Shown in pieces: positions 14,930 through 22,364 of a stretch of 29,116 bases of DNA (positions are counted from its first letter, which is position 1; the number at the start of each line of letters is the position of its first letter). Both the position numbers and the translations under genes were made by a program. The notes beneath the pieces were generated by a model, which was not told where the DNA came from, did not search any database, and worked only from the letters and a program-made list of their open reading frames with translations. The stretch is from a virus (lineage: Duplodnaviria > Caudoviricetes), in the IMG/VR virus record IMGVR_UViG_3300047308_000044, positions 1-29,116 of that record; one strand, 5' to 3'.

Positions 14930-17629
14930 TTAAGCGAGGATCCCCCCGGGGCGTTTGTGGTACACCAGCCGTTGATCCACCACGGCGGCTAGGTCGCGGG
15001 CCAATGCACCGGAGCGGCCCTGGTCGCCTTCAGCCTTCGTGCCTTTTGCGTCCACGTTGATCGTGATATTGGTAGTTCCGCCGCCACCTGCAATGCCGAG
15101 TTTTCCGTTAGCTCCACGCTTCAGCGGCATGATCGCTTCAGGGCCAGCTTCACCTAGCACTCCATTTTGTAGCGTGCCACCATTGGCAAACTTGAAGAAC
15201 GTGGGACGATCAAACACGCCACCAGCAGCAAAGGGGACAATCCCATTCGCGCCATAAACATTGCCCATGGCGTTGGGTTTGTACTGAACAGCCTTGCTCC
15301 AGTCGATCCCAGTGGAGCCAGCACCGGCAGAGCTGAAATTTTTGCCGAGGTCCATTCCTCCACCACCGCCACCAATGCCACCGAGCACGCTGCCGAGAAT
15401 GTTTGTCAGGATTTTGATTGCCGCCATGCGAATCGCATCAGCAATCATTTGAGTCGCCATCTTGGAGAAGTAGTTGGCAATATCCCGAAAGAAACTACCT
15501 AGCGCTTGCTTAGCCGACATCGTGCCGTTTATCACCCCTTCAAAGCTTGTAGCGAAGGCATCACCGATAGCATTGGCGGCACCAATGATTTGGTTGACGG
15601 GGTCCGCCATTTCCTTCAGGCGATCCTTGATTTTGTTGTAGGCATCGTCGAGCTTGGCCATGCCTTCGCCCTGTAAGCCTGTGCCAGCGGAAGGGTTGTA
15701 GCCATAGGTGCCTTTAGGATCTATAGCTGGTGGCTTCTTCCCAAAGTCTGGGTTATCAATGCCAGCCTGACGGAGCAGTTCATTGGTCTGCTGCTTGAGA
15801 TAGTCCAGTCGGATCTTCTCTAGCTCGTTGTGCTTGATTGCATTGAGGTTGCTTTTCTCGGCTAATGACTTGGCATCTGCAAGCTTGCTGGTGAAGTCCT
15901 GCTCAATCCGTAGCTTCTGCAGCGCATACTCTGCGGCGGCTTTCTCCAGTGCATTGGATGCCTGGGTGATGGTCAGCTCAGCCTGAGAGATTGCCAGCCG
16001 CTTCTGGCTGTCGAGCAGCTGCTTGGCACGTTCTTCGGCAAGGCGCTTGGCGTCCGCTGCGGCTTTATCGGCTGCCCCACTGCCACTACCCCTACCGGTA
16101 CCGCTGCCTCCCCCGCCAGTCAGTGTTGGCAGGTCACCGCCATTATCGTTGCCGTTCCCATCCCCGTTGCCGTTCCCGCTGCCTGCTCCCTTGCCAGTCG
16201 GTCCCTTGCCTAGCGCCTGAAGCGCCACCATCGTGGGATAGACGCCGGGAATCATCTTGGCCGCATTGACCAGCGCAGCACCCGTACCGCTGAGCATTCC
16301 TCGGATGGGTGCAGGGATGCGATTCCACCAACCCATGACAAGGGCCTGCATCTGTGCGAATGCCTGCCGCCCTGTCTGCACCATCCGCGCAAAGCCACTG
16401 GCAAATCCTTGAGGGATTGAATTGGCGACATCTTTTATCCTGGCGTTGAACCAGCTGCCTGCATCTACTGCCGCCTTGAATGCATCCTTTGCACCCTTGG
16501 CGATTGAGTCCATCGCGCCTTTGAAATCATTGGCAACGATTGAAACAATGTTGTCAACCCAGTTCTTAAATTCCTTGTTGTTGGCATAGAGCGCCGTACT
16601 CAGCGCTGCTAACGCCGTTGCACCAGCCAATGCCCATCCCCATCCAGGGATAGAAAGGATCGCGGCGTTAAGAGCAGGGATGCCTTCCATTGCAGCAAGA
16701 GCAATCTGCACGCGCAGGGTTCCAACAGCTGCAGCTCCAGCGATGAACAGTGTGCTGGCTCCGGCAATCAATCCACTGAGCGGCCCCCAGGCAATGGCCA
16801 GCATGGCGGCACTAACCGCTAACCCCTTGACGGGTCCAGGCAATGCATTAAATGCACCCACGCCAGCCGTCACGGCGCTGGTCACAGCATCCAAAGCAGG
16901 CAGCAACGCGATTAACAGATCAGCCCCTAGCGCCCCTACCTTGCCGCTGAGCATGGCGAGCTTGTCGCTGTATGCGTCCGCCTTCTGCGCAAATGCAGTG
17001 GTCATTTTGACGCTGAGTTTTTCTATGGCATCCGAGCCCATATTGAGGAGCGGGATCATGTCGGCTCCAGCCTTGCCGAATAGATCCATGGCCTTTGCGG
17101 TCTTGATGGGACCATCAGCCATGCCCTTAAATCTGTTGGCAATCTCCAGCGTTACCTGATCAGCTTTCTTGATTTTGCCGCTGGCATCAGTGGCAGAAAT
17201 TCCGAGATATTTCAAAGCTTCGGCGGCCTTGCCTTTGCCAGTCGTGGCAGCTTCAACCATCCCCCGAGAAAGCTTGCCCAGACTCTTGGCTACCGCGTCA
17301 ATATCCGTCCCGCTGGTGGCTGCTGCCTTCTTAAACCGAGCCAGCGCTTCGACACTAACGCCAGTTTTCTGAGACATGTCGTAGAGCTTGTCCCCTGCAT
17401 CAAGCGCACCCTTCGCCAGGCCAACCAACCCCGCAACACTTGCCAATGGGGCCAGAGCACCTAATGCACCAGATAGGCCGCCAGCAGCGCCAGCCATGCC
17501 ACGCATTGCAGCAGAAGCACCCTTGGCTGTACCTTCCATGGCCATCAAGCCACGGTTCAATTCAACAATCTTGTTAGCGCCTTGAACGTCTGCCTTAATG
17601 CGTAGCAGTGCATCCATGTTCATTGCCAT
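14930..17629 (-). CDS. H: tail tape measure protein
   Basis: 899 aa Ala/Gly-rich helical protein; C-terminal FAAGG...GEAGPEAIMPLKRGANGKLG and KRPGGIL. Confidence 0.95.
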   Translation of the reverse strand: MAMNMDALLRIKADVQGANKIVELNRGLMAMEGTAKGASAAMRGMAGAAGGLSGALGALAPLASVAGLVGLAKGALDAGDKLYDMSQKTGVSVEALARFKKAAATSGTDIDAVAKSLGKLSRGMVEAATTGKGKAAEALKYLGISATDASGKIKKADQVTLEIANRFKGMADGPIKTAKAMDLFGKAGADMIPLLNMGSDAIEKLSVKMTTAFAQKADAYSDKLAMLSGKVGALGADLLIALLPALDAVTSAVTAGVGAFNALPGPVKGLAVSAAMLAIAWGPLSGLIAGASTLFIAGAAAVGTLRVQIALAAMEGIPALNAAILSIPGWGWALAGATALAALSTALYANNKEFKNWVDNIVSIVANDFKGAMDSIAKGAKDAFKAAVDAGSWFNARIKDVANSIPQGFASGFARMVQTGRQAFAQMQALVMGWWNRIPAPIRGMLSGTGAALVNAAKMIPGVYPTMVALQALGKGPTGKGAGSGNGNGDGNGNDNGGDLPTLTGGGGSGTGRGSGSGAADKAAADAKRLAEERAKQLLDSQKRLAISQAELTITQASNALEKAAAEYALQKLRIEQDFTSKLADAKSLAEKSNLNAIKHNELEKIRLDYLKQQTNELLRQAGIDNPDFGKKPPAIDPKGTYGYNPSAGTGLQGEGMAKLDDAYNKIKDRLKEMADPVNQIIGAANAIGDAFATSFEGVINGTMSAKQALGSFFRDIANYFSKMATQMIADAIRMAAIKILTNILGSVLGGIGGGGGGMDLGKNFSSAGAGSTGIDWSKAVQYKPNAMGNVYGANGIVPFAAGGVFDRPTFFKFANGGTLQNGVLGEAGPEAIMPLKRGANGKLGIAGGGGTTNITINVDAKGTKAEGDQGRSGALARDLAAVVDQRLVYHKRPGGILA

Positions 17630-17631
17630 GG

Positions 17632-17976
17632 TTATGCCTCCCGCTTAGCCATTACCGACAGCACCGCTGATTCCATCACTTGGAGATCCTCTAGGAGCGA
17701 GCGCCGGTCTTTGACCTTGACTGCATACAGTCTAAAGAGCCATTCTGCAGCCACATAATCCAACCCGATAAGGCCATTCATCCCAACCCGCCATTGCGTC
17801 TGCAACCCTAAGAACATCTCCACCGCTTCCCAGTTCTCCTCCCACACTTCAAAGTCATCCGAGGCTTCAGGCTCATCTGGCAGGGTTACGCCTAGAACCG
17901 CTGCATCGTCAGGTGTGTCATCTTGAACGCTACCGCCTGCCCAATAGGTAGCAGCGTCCGTCAGGTTCTTTTTTTT
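17632..17976 (-). CDS. tail assembly chaperone T part (DUF1799-like), expressed as GT by -1 frameshift
   Basis: The -1 frame is open from the slippery run (KKKNLTDAATYWAGG...) through VWEENWEAVEMF...TQWR...GLDY. Confidence 0.85.
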   Translation of the reverse strand, partial: KKKNLTDAATYWAGGSVQDDTPDDAAVLGVTLPDEPEASDDFEVWEENWEAVEMFLGLQTQWRVGMNGLIGLDYVAAEWLFRLYAVKVKDRRSLLEDLQVMESAVLSVMAKREA

Positions 17977-18341
17977 CCCCCTTTGAGCGAATCAAAGAAC
18001 GCCTCAACAATTGAGGCCGACACAGCAGGAAGATCTAAAACCTGTTCCTTGGCCTTCTCTGAATACGGCACTTCACCGCCTTCTCCATCCTCGATAGCAG
18101 ACCAGCCAACCAAGATTTCAGAGGCAATTTCAAGATCGGTGATCATGCCTGCGGTGTCTTCGTCGTTTTGAATGGCACGCAGCCGAGCCATCACAGACTC
18201 CTGGATCTCAACAATTCGGGTCTGGGTAGGACGCTTGAACTCCGCATCAAAGGTTTGTTTGACAAATCGCCCACCATCGACCGGGATCTCAAAAGAAACC
18301 GGCCAGGTGTAGGTGTCGCTTTGCTTTAAGACAAAAGCCAT
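17961..18341 (-). CDS. tail assembly chaperone G
   Basis: Between tail tube and tape measure; ends at the slippery GGGGG AAAAAAAA G run. Confidence 0.88.
   Translation of the reverse strand: MAFVLKQSDTYTWPVSFEIPVDGGRFVKQTFDAEFKRPTQTRIVEIQESVMARLRAIQNDEDTAGMITDLEIASEILVGWSAIEDGEGGEVPYSEKAKEQVLDLPAVSASIVEAFFDSLKGGKKRT
17968..17981 (-). other. programmed -1 ribosomal frameshift site (G/GT)
   Basis: mRNA AAA GGG GGA AAA AAA AGA ACC TGA contains G GGA AAA and A AAA AAA heptamers; the -1 frame joins the T ORF. Confidence 0.85.
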
Positions 18342-18362
18342 TTGATGCGCCTAGGTAGCCGT

Positions 18363-18368
18363 ATGGTA
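18363..18368 (-). promoter_or_regulatory. putative -10 element TACCAT
   Basis: TAnnnT 21 nt upstream of ATG 18341. Confidence 0.45.
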
Positions 18369-19307
18369 TTAGGTAAATACTAGCGACGTTTCATCGTTGC
18401 CCGCTGTGGTGGGAAGTGCCACATACGGAACATTGAGCATTTGTACAGAATCCTGATCTTGATAGGTGGGGTTTAAGATGTCTACTTGTGGAGCAGTGAA
18501 GGTGACCCGGTTGCCAGCAGTTGTGCCGTGCAGGAAGGTCAAGTTTCCAGTCGATGAGCCAAGCGCCGCAGTCCAGAAATCTTTTTGAGCAATCGTGGGC
18601 GCTTCGATTTGAACCGTTCCAGCGGGCATACGGTCAGTGATCAATGTTTCCTTGGTGCCGCCCACCAGCTCCCGGTAGACCAGGCTATTGGCCATGTTGA
18701 ACTCCACCGATTGCAGCACGCCGCTGTAGGAAAAGAATGAAAAGCCGGTGGTGTTGCCTTGACGGAACACAATCGGGGTGGCTTGAAAGGAGTAGGTGAC
18801 GCTGGGTTGAGCGGTATCGGTGGGGCTGTTGTAAACGCCCATCATGTTGAACTTTAACGTGGGAATTTGACCCACAGCACAGCTCATTGACATGTCACCA
18901 CGACAACCCGTCAGCTTGTGCAACACGCCATCCACATTGAAGTAAATGGTGACCGAGCTAAAAGCGGTGCTTACAGGGGCATACGTGACCGAGGGCGAGG
19001 TGATGGGCACGATGGTCTCACTCATCCCGCACGCCTTGAGGATCGACCCGTAACGCGGCGCGATGCCAGCAGTGCCAGAGCCAGCAAGTTCAACCTCAAA
19101 TGAGATTTCAACGCTGGTCTTTGCAATCAACTGGTCATAGTTGCCGAGGTAGGGGCGAACCAGATCACGGCTGACCAGATCACCAGACAGCGGCGTAATT
19201 TCCAGGTTACGTACCAGGACGGCATCAGTACCCGCAGGGGTTGAATCAGTGCCGTATGTGGCTTCAGCTTTCGCCAGGATCAGGCGTTTGCGGCTCAGAA
19301 GGGCCAT
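18369..19307 (-). CDS. major tail tube protein
   Basis: 312 aa; AKAEATYGTD, FEVELAGSG, LKACG, HKLTGCRG motifs; position before the chaperones. Confidence 0.88.
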   Translation of the reverse strand: MALLSRKRLILAKAEATYGTDSTPAGTDAVLVRNLEITPLSGDLVSRDLVRPYLGNYDQLIAKTSVEISFEVELAGSGTAGIAPRYGSILKACGMSETIVPITSPSVTYAPVSTAFSSVTIYFNVDGVLHKLTGCRGDMSMSCAVGQIPTLKFNMMGVYNSPTDTAQPSVTYSFQATPIVFRQGNTTGFSFFSYSGVLQSVEFNMANSLVYRELVGGTKETLITDRMPAGTVQIEAPTIAQKDFWTAALGSSTGNLTFLHGTTAGNRVTFTAPQVDILNPTYQDQDSVQMLNVPYVALPTTAGNDETSLVFT

Positions 19308-19440
19308 CGGTCAGTTCCTCAGGGGTGGATGCAGAGGGTGTGGCCGGCTCGGTGCGCTCGATGAGCGTGCGTTTGCCAGTTTTAGGGTCCAGCAGGTAAG
19401 AACCACCCTGGCCCTGGTATTCATCAATCATCGTATCCAT
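19264..19440 (-). CDS. small hypothetical protein (DEYQGQGGSYLLDPKTGKR)
   Basis: ATG at 19440; fills the gap between tail terminator and tail tube. Confidence 0.7.
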   Translation of the reverse strand: MDTMIDEYQGQGGSYLLDPKTGKRTLIERTEPATPSASTPEELTDGPSEPQTPDPGES

Positions 19441-19444
19441 GGTT

Positions 19445-19870
19445 TTAGACCGACAAATCGGCAACGGTGGTGCGGTAGAGAATGCGGTAATCGCACATGA
19501 CTACCCCTGTTGGCTGGTCACTTTCTACCAATTCCCACGATACAGAGATTGGCTGCACGTCCATTACGTAACCACCAAGGGATAGGTCTGCTGTGAGTTT
19601 GCTGTGCAAGCTTTGAACAATTGGATCGGCTAGTTGGTCTGGGATATTCCCGCGCACAATTACCATCACCCGAACCCCTAGGCGCCAGGTGTAGGTAGGA
19701 AGGCTGGTATCAATTGAGGCATCGTCGCTGATGGGCTCAATTACCAATGCAGGGCACTCTGACCTAGCAAAAGCTTCAACTCTGCTGCGATAAACCCGCC
19801 CGCTGACTCCAGAGGTGCTGGCCAATGCCGTGGCGATAGCGTTCAGGATTTGCTCGCGTTTGGTGGTCAT
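19445..19870 (-). CDS. tail terminator / completion protein
   Basis: MTTKREQILNAI...GRVYRSR...PALVIEP; size and position upstream of the tail tube. Confidence 0.8.
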   Translation of the reverse strand: MTTKREQILNAIATALASTSGVSGRVYRSRVEAFARSECPALVIEPISDDASIDTSLPTYTWRLGVRVMVIVRGNIPDQLADPIVQSLHSKLTADLSLGGYVMDVQPISVSWELVESDQPTGVVMCDYRILYRTTVADLSV

Positions 19871-20142
19871 GTCTTCATCAGCGAGACTTCACAGAACCGG
19901 CCATCATCAATTAATCGTGTATCTCGAACGGTGTAGGCCACACCATCAACCGTGATGCTGTCGTTGTATTTGAGGCTTCCGAAATCTGAAGCTTTTGCCG
20001 TGAGTTGGTAGTCAGTTGAAATCACCAACCCATCAGCCAGTAATTGACCAGGCATGTCAAGGATGCCCAAGCCTGTGGTGCTACCTGAGGTACAGGTCAC
20101 CCCGAAGTCGGTAAGAAATACTGAGAGATCTTCTGTGATCAT
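19867..20142 (-). CDS. head-tail joining protein (gpFII-like)
   Basis: ATG at 20142; FLTDFGV, GILDMP, ITVDGVAYTVR...DDG. Confidence 0.8.
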   Translation of the reverse strand: MITEDLSVFLTDFGVTCTSGSTTGLGILDMPGQLLADGLVISTDYQLTAKASDFGSLKYNDSITVDGVAYTVRDTRLIDDGRFCEVSLMKT

Positions 20143-20498
20143 CACGCAAACACCCGATACGGATTGGCAGGCTCTACGGCGAACTCGTCCCACCCATCAG
20201 GCAGCGTCCCAGCAAAATTGACGTGCCAGCCATCAAGCACGGTCGGGGCAACAATCACAACGCCAGTCTCTGGATTCCACTCACCACCACGGGTGATGGT
20301 GCCAACCACATCAATGGCGCGGTCGTGGGTGTAGGCGATCAAGGTGCCAGTCCAGGCTTCATCGGCTGGGGTAGCTGGATCATCAGCAGCAAAGGTGCCG
20401 TCAGCGTTGCGAGCGCGAACGGGGTCTGTGTAAAACCCAGCCTCAGTGGCAGCAGCGGTCCAGGCAGATTCGTCGGGAAAGCGTAGGAAGTGGGTCAT
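20142..20498 (-). CDS. hypothetical protein associated with head fibre
   Basis: Start/stop overlaps on both sides; FLRFPDE...IDVVGTI...GWHVN pattern. Confidence 0.75.
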   Translation of the reverse strand: MTHFLRFPDESAWTAAATEAGFYTDPVRARNADGTFAADDPATPADEAWTGTLIAYTHDRAIDVVGTITRGGEWNPETGVVIVAPTVLDGWHVNFAGTLPDGWDEFAVEPANPYRVFA

Positions 20499-21766
20499 GG
20501 TTGGGTGATCTGCTGAAGTTGAGTGTTGGCAAATTTAATAGGCCAGTAGGTAAGGCGCCGAATAGTTCCATTAGTTTCAGTTCCCACTCCTCTTGGCCCA
20601 CCGATTGTCAACAATGTAGATCCTGTAAAATTAGTAGACGTTCCACTTACTGCTGAAGATCCATTTGTTGATAAACTTTGAGTGCTACTTCCATAGCACA
20701 TTGCCAATTTATTTGCAGCTCCTGGATTTGAAAGAGCACTACCTAACAATAAATTTGTTCCATCAAAAATTGCTGCCGAACCAGCAATGTGTCTGTATAA
20801 ATAATAGTTAGTTTGGTTACCTATAAAAGCGCGTCCAGCATCTAAAGAAGTAACTGTACTGACTTCTGCGTACATAGTTCCTGCTGTTGCGTTATACCAG
20901 GAGCTAAAGTTCGACCCGGTAATGCTGGCCACATCTGCGGCGCGGGTTACGGTTGCGGTCGTGGTTGGGATGTAGGAGGTGGGAAAAGCTCCGGCTTCGA
21001 GCATTGCGCCCCAAAGTAGGTATCCAGAGGTTCCGTCGCCTACATACAATGTTAAGCCGCTGTCTTGAGAAGTAGTCAAAAATGCACTTGCAGTACCAGC
21101 GCTGCTTAATGTTGTTGTAGTGACAGAGCAACGATACCAACCATTGCCTACTGATACTATGCTTGGGGAGGTTGTGCCAAAATTGGACCCAACAGTTCCG
21201 TTGGCCAAGTTAAAATAGCAATAAACCTGACTGCCAGTTACGGCGGTCCCATTAAATGCAATGACTAAAAGATTTCTGCCTGCGGCTTTTGCGTAAAGAC
21301 TGTAAGTGTAAACAGTAGATACAGCAGGTGAAAATGATTGTGAAACTTGATGGTAAGCGTTGCTAGTATTTTCAGCAAATTTGTCGGCAGTTGAATTGCC
21401 ATCTGGCGCTACTCCTTGGTTTGCCGTAATTGCCGAAAATCCTTTGCTCCAGCTCGCATCATTAAACTCCTCACTCCTCTGCAGCAGGTTCGTCCTTGCC
21501 TCTTCCGCCAACAGGCCCAGGCTTTCACCCGTTGTTGGGTTGTGGTCGAAGCGTGGCTCGTTGGTAGTTGCCGTCTTGAGCAACCCATCGCTGCCGATGA
21601 ACGTGCCGCTGCTGGCGCGGGTGAAGGTGACGCGGGGGTCGAGGGTTTTCTGTTGTGCAAACCGTAGGTCCAGGGGGGCGGTGCTGAATACATCGCCAGA
21701 AGGTGCCCTTAACGCACGACCGCGCAACCCGCCAACAGCCAAACCACCCCGCAGCGCCCTCAACAT
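20495..21766 (-). CDS. head fibre / carbohydrate-binding (ConA/LamG-like) virion protein
   Basis: TFTRASSGT, PRFDH...GLLAEEARTNLL, GNGWYRCS, WGAMLEAGAFPTSYIPT, TRAAD motifs; ATG at 21766. Confidence 0.8.
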   Translation of the reverse strand: MLRALRGGLAVGGLRGRALRAPSGDVFSTAPLDLRFAQQKTLDPRVTFTRASSGTFIGSDGLLKTATTNEPRFDHNPTTGESLGLLAEEARTNLLQRSEEFNDASWSKGFSAITANQGVAPDGNSTADKFAENTSNAYHQVSQSFSPAVSTVYTYSLYAKAAGRNLLVIAFNGTAVTGSQVYCYFNLANGTVGSNFGTTSPSIVSVGNGWYRCSVTTTTLSSAGTASAFLTTSQDSGLTLYVGDGTSGYLLWGAMLEAGAFPTSYIPTTTATVTRAADVASITGSNFSSWYNATAGTMYAEVSTVTSLDAGRAFIGNQTNYYLYRHIAGSAAIFDGTNLLLGSALSNPGAANKLAMCYGSSTQSLSTNGSSAVSGTSTNFTGSTLLTIGGPRGVGTETNGTIRRLTYWPIKFANTQLQQITQP

Positions 21767-21767
21767 C

Positions 21768-22100
21768 TCAGAGAGTCCCCACAACGCCAACAACGCTCGG
21801 GGTGCCACCGCTAAAGCTAACCAGCCTCAGCCGCACAAACTTCACAGGGCACCCATTCAGCGAATAGCCAAATGTTCCATTCCCCGTGATTGTTGTGTCA
21901 ACGTTGTTTGAGTCAAGGTTGAAGAACGAGGAATCATCTAGGCTGCCTTCAAATCTGATCACCACATTGGTGCCAATGCTTGAGATTGTGACTTGAAAAG
22001 TCAGCGGGCCACCACCAGTCTGCACGCTTGTTCCAGCGCCTGCTGCCGTCAACGTTCCTAGCGCTGCTGTTTCAAATCCGGCGCAATCTCCTAATGCCAT
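21768..22100 (-). CDS. small beta-rich virion protein (putative head decoration)
   Basis: VVIRFEGSLD...KFVRLRLVS jelly-roll-like pattern; directly upstream of the head fibre. Confidence 0.65.
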   Translation of the reverse strand: MALGDCAGFETAALGTLTAAGAGTSVQTGGGPLTFQVTISSIGTNVVIRFEGSLDDSSFFNLDSNNVDTTITGNGTFGYSLNGCPVKFVRLRLVSFSGGTPSVVGVVGTL

Positions 22101-22121
22101 GATGAAGGCCCTTTTGGTTCT

Positions 22122-22127
22122 AGTTTA
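22122..22127 (-). promoter_or_regulatory. putative -10 element TAAACT
   Basis: TAnnnT 21 nt upstream of ATG 22100; includes the upstream stop codon. Confidence 0.4.
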
Positions 22128-22304
22128 ATTGGCAGAATCGTCTACCTTACTTTTCCTTGCTGTTGCCTTAGGAGCTGGCAGCTCAGTGGTTGCCTTGCCC
22201 ATGCGGGTCAAGATCTGAACGTCACTTGCGCTCAGCTCATAAACCTTGCCGGCTTCTACAAACGCACCGCTAGCGATGGTGTCGCGAAGAATCAAGACTT
22301 GCAT
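22125..22304 (-). CDS. small protein after capsid (59 aa), not in ORF track
   Basis: MQVLILRDTIASGAFVEAGKVYELSASDVQILTRMGKATTELPAPKATARKSKVDDSAN; this small-domain plus basic-tail type commonly follows capsid genes. Confidence 0.8.
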   Translation of the reverse strand: MQVLILRDTIASGAFVEAGKVYELSASDVQILTRMGKATTELPAPKATARKSKVDDSAN

Positions 22305-22330
22305 AAGAAGAAGGGGCGGAAGACCGCCCC
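22305..22330 (-). terminator. rho-independent terminator after capsid gene
   Basis: Minus strand GGGGCGG-TCTT-CCGCCCC perfect 7-bp stem followed by TTCTTCTT. Confidence 0.8.
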
Positions 22331-22364
22331 AAAGTGTGACTATGCCTAGCTAAGCGTAGGGCTA

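Noticed and set aside
16680-17159. 159-aa plus-strand ORF and other short antisense ORFs in tape measure, J, portal and terminase
   Set aside because: Shadows of well-supported minus-strand genes
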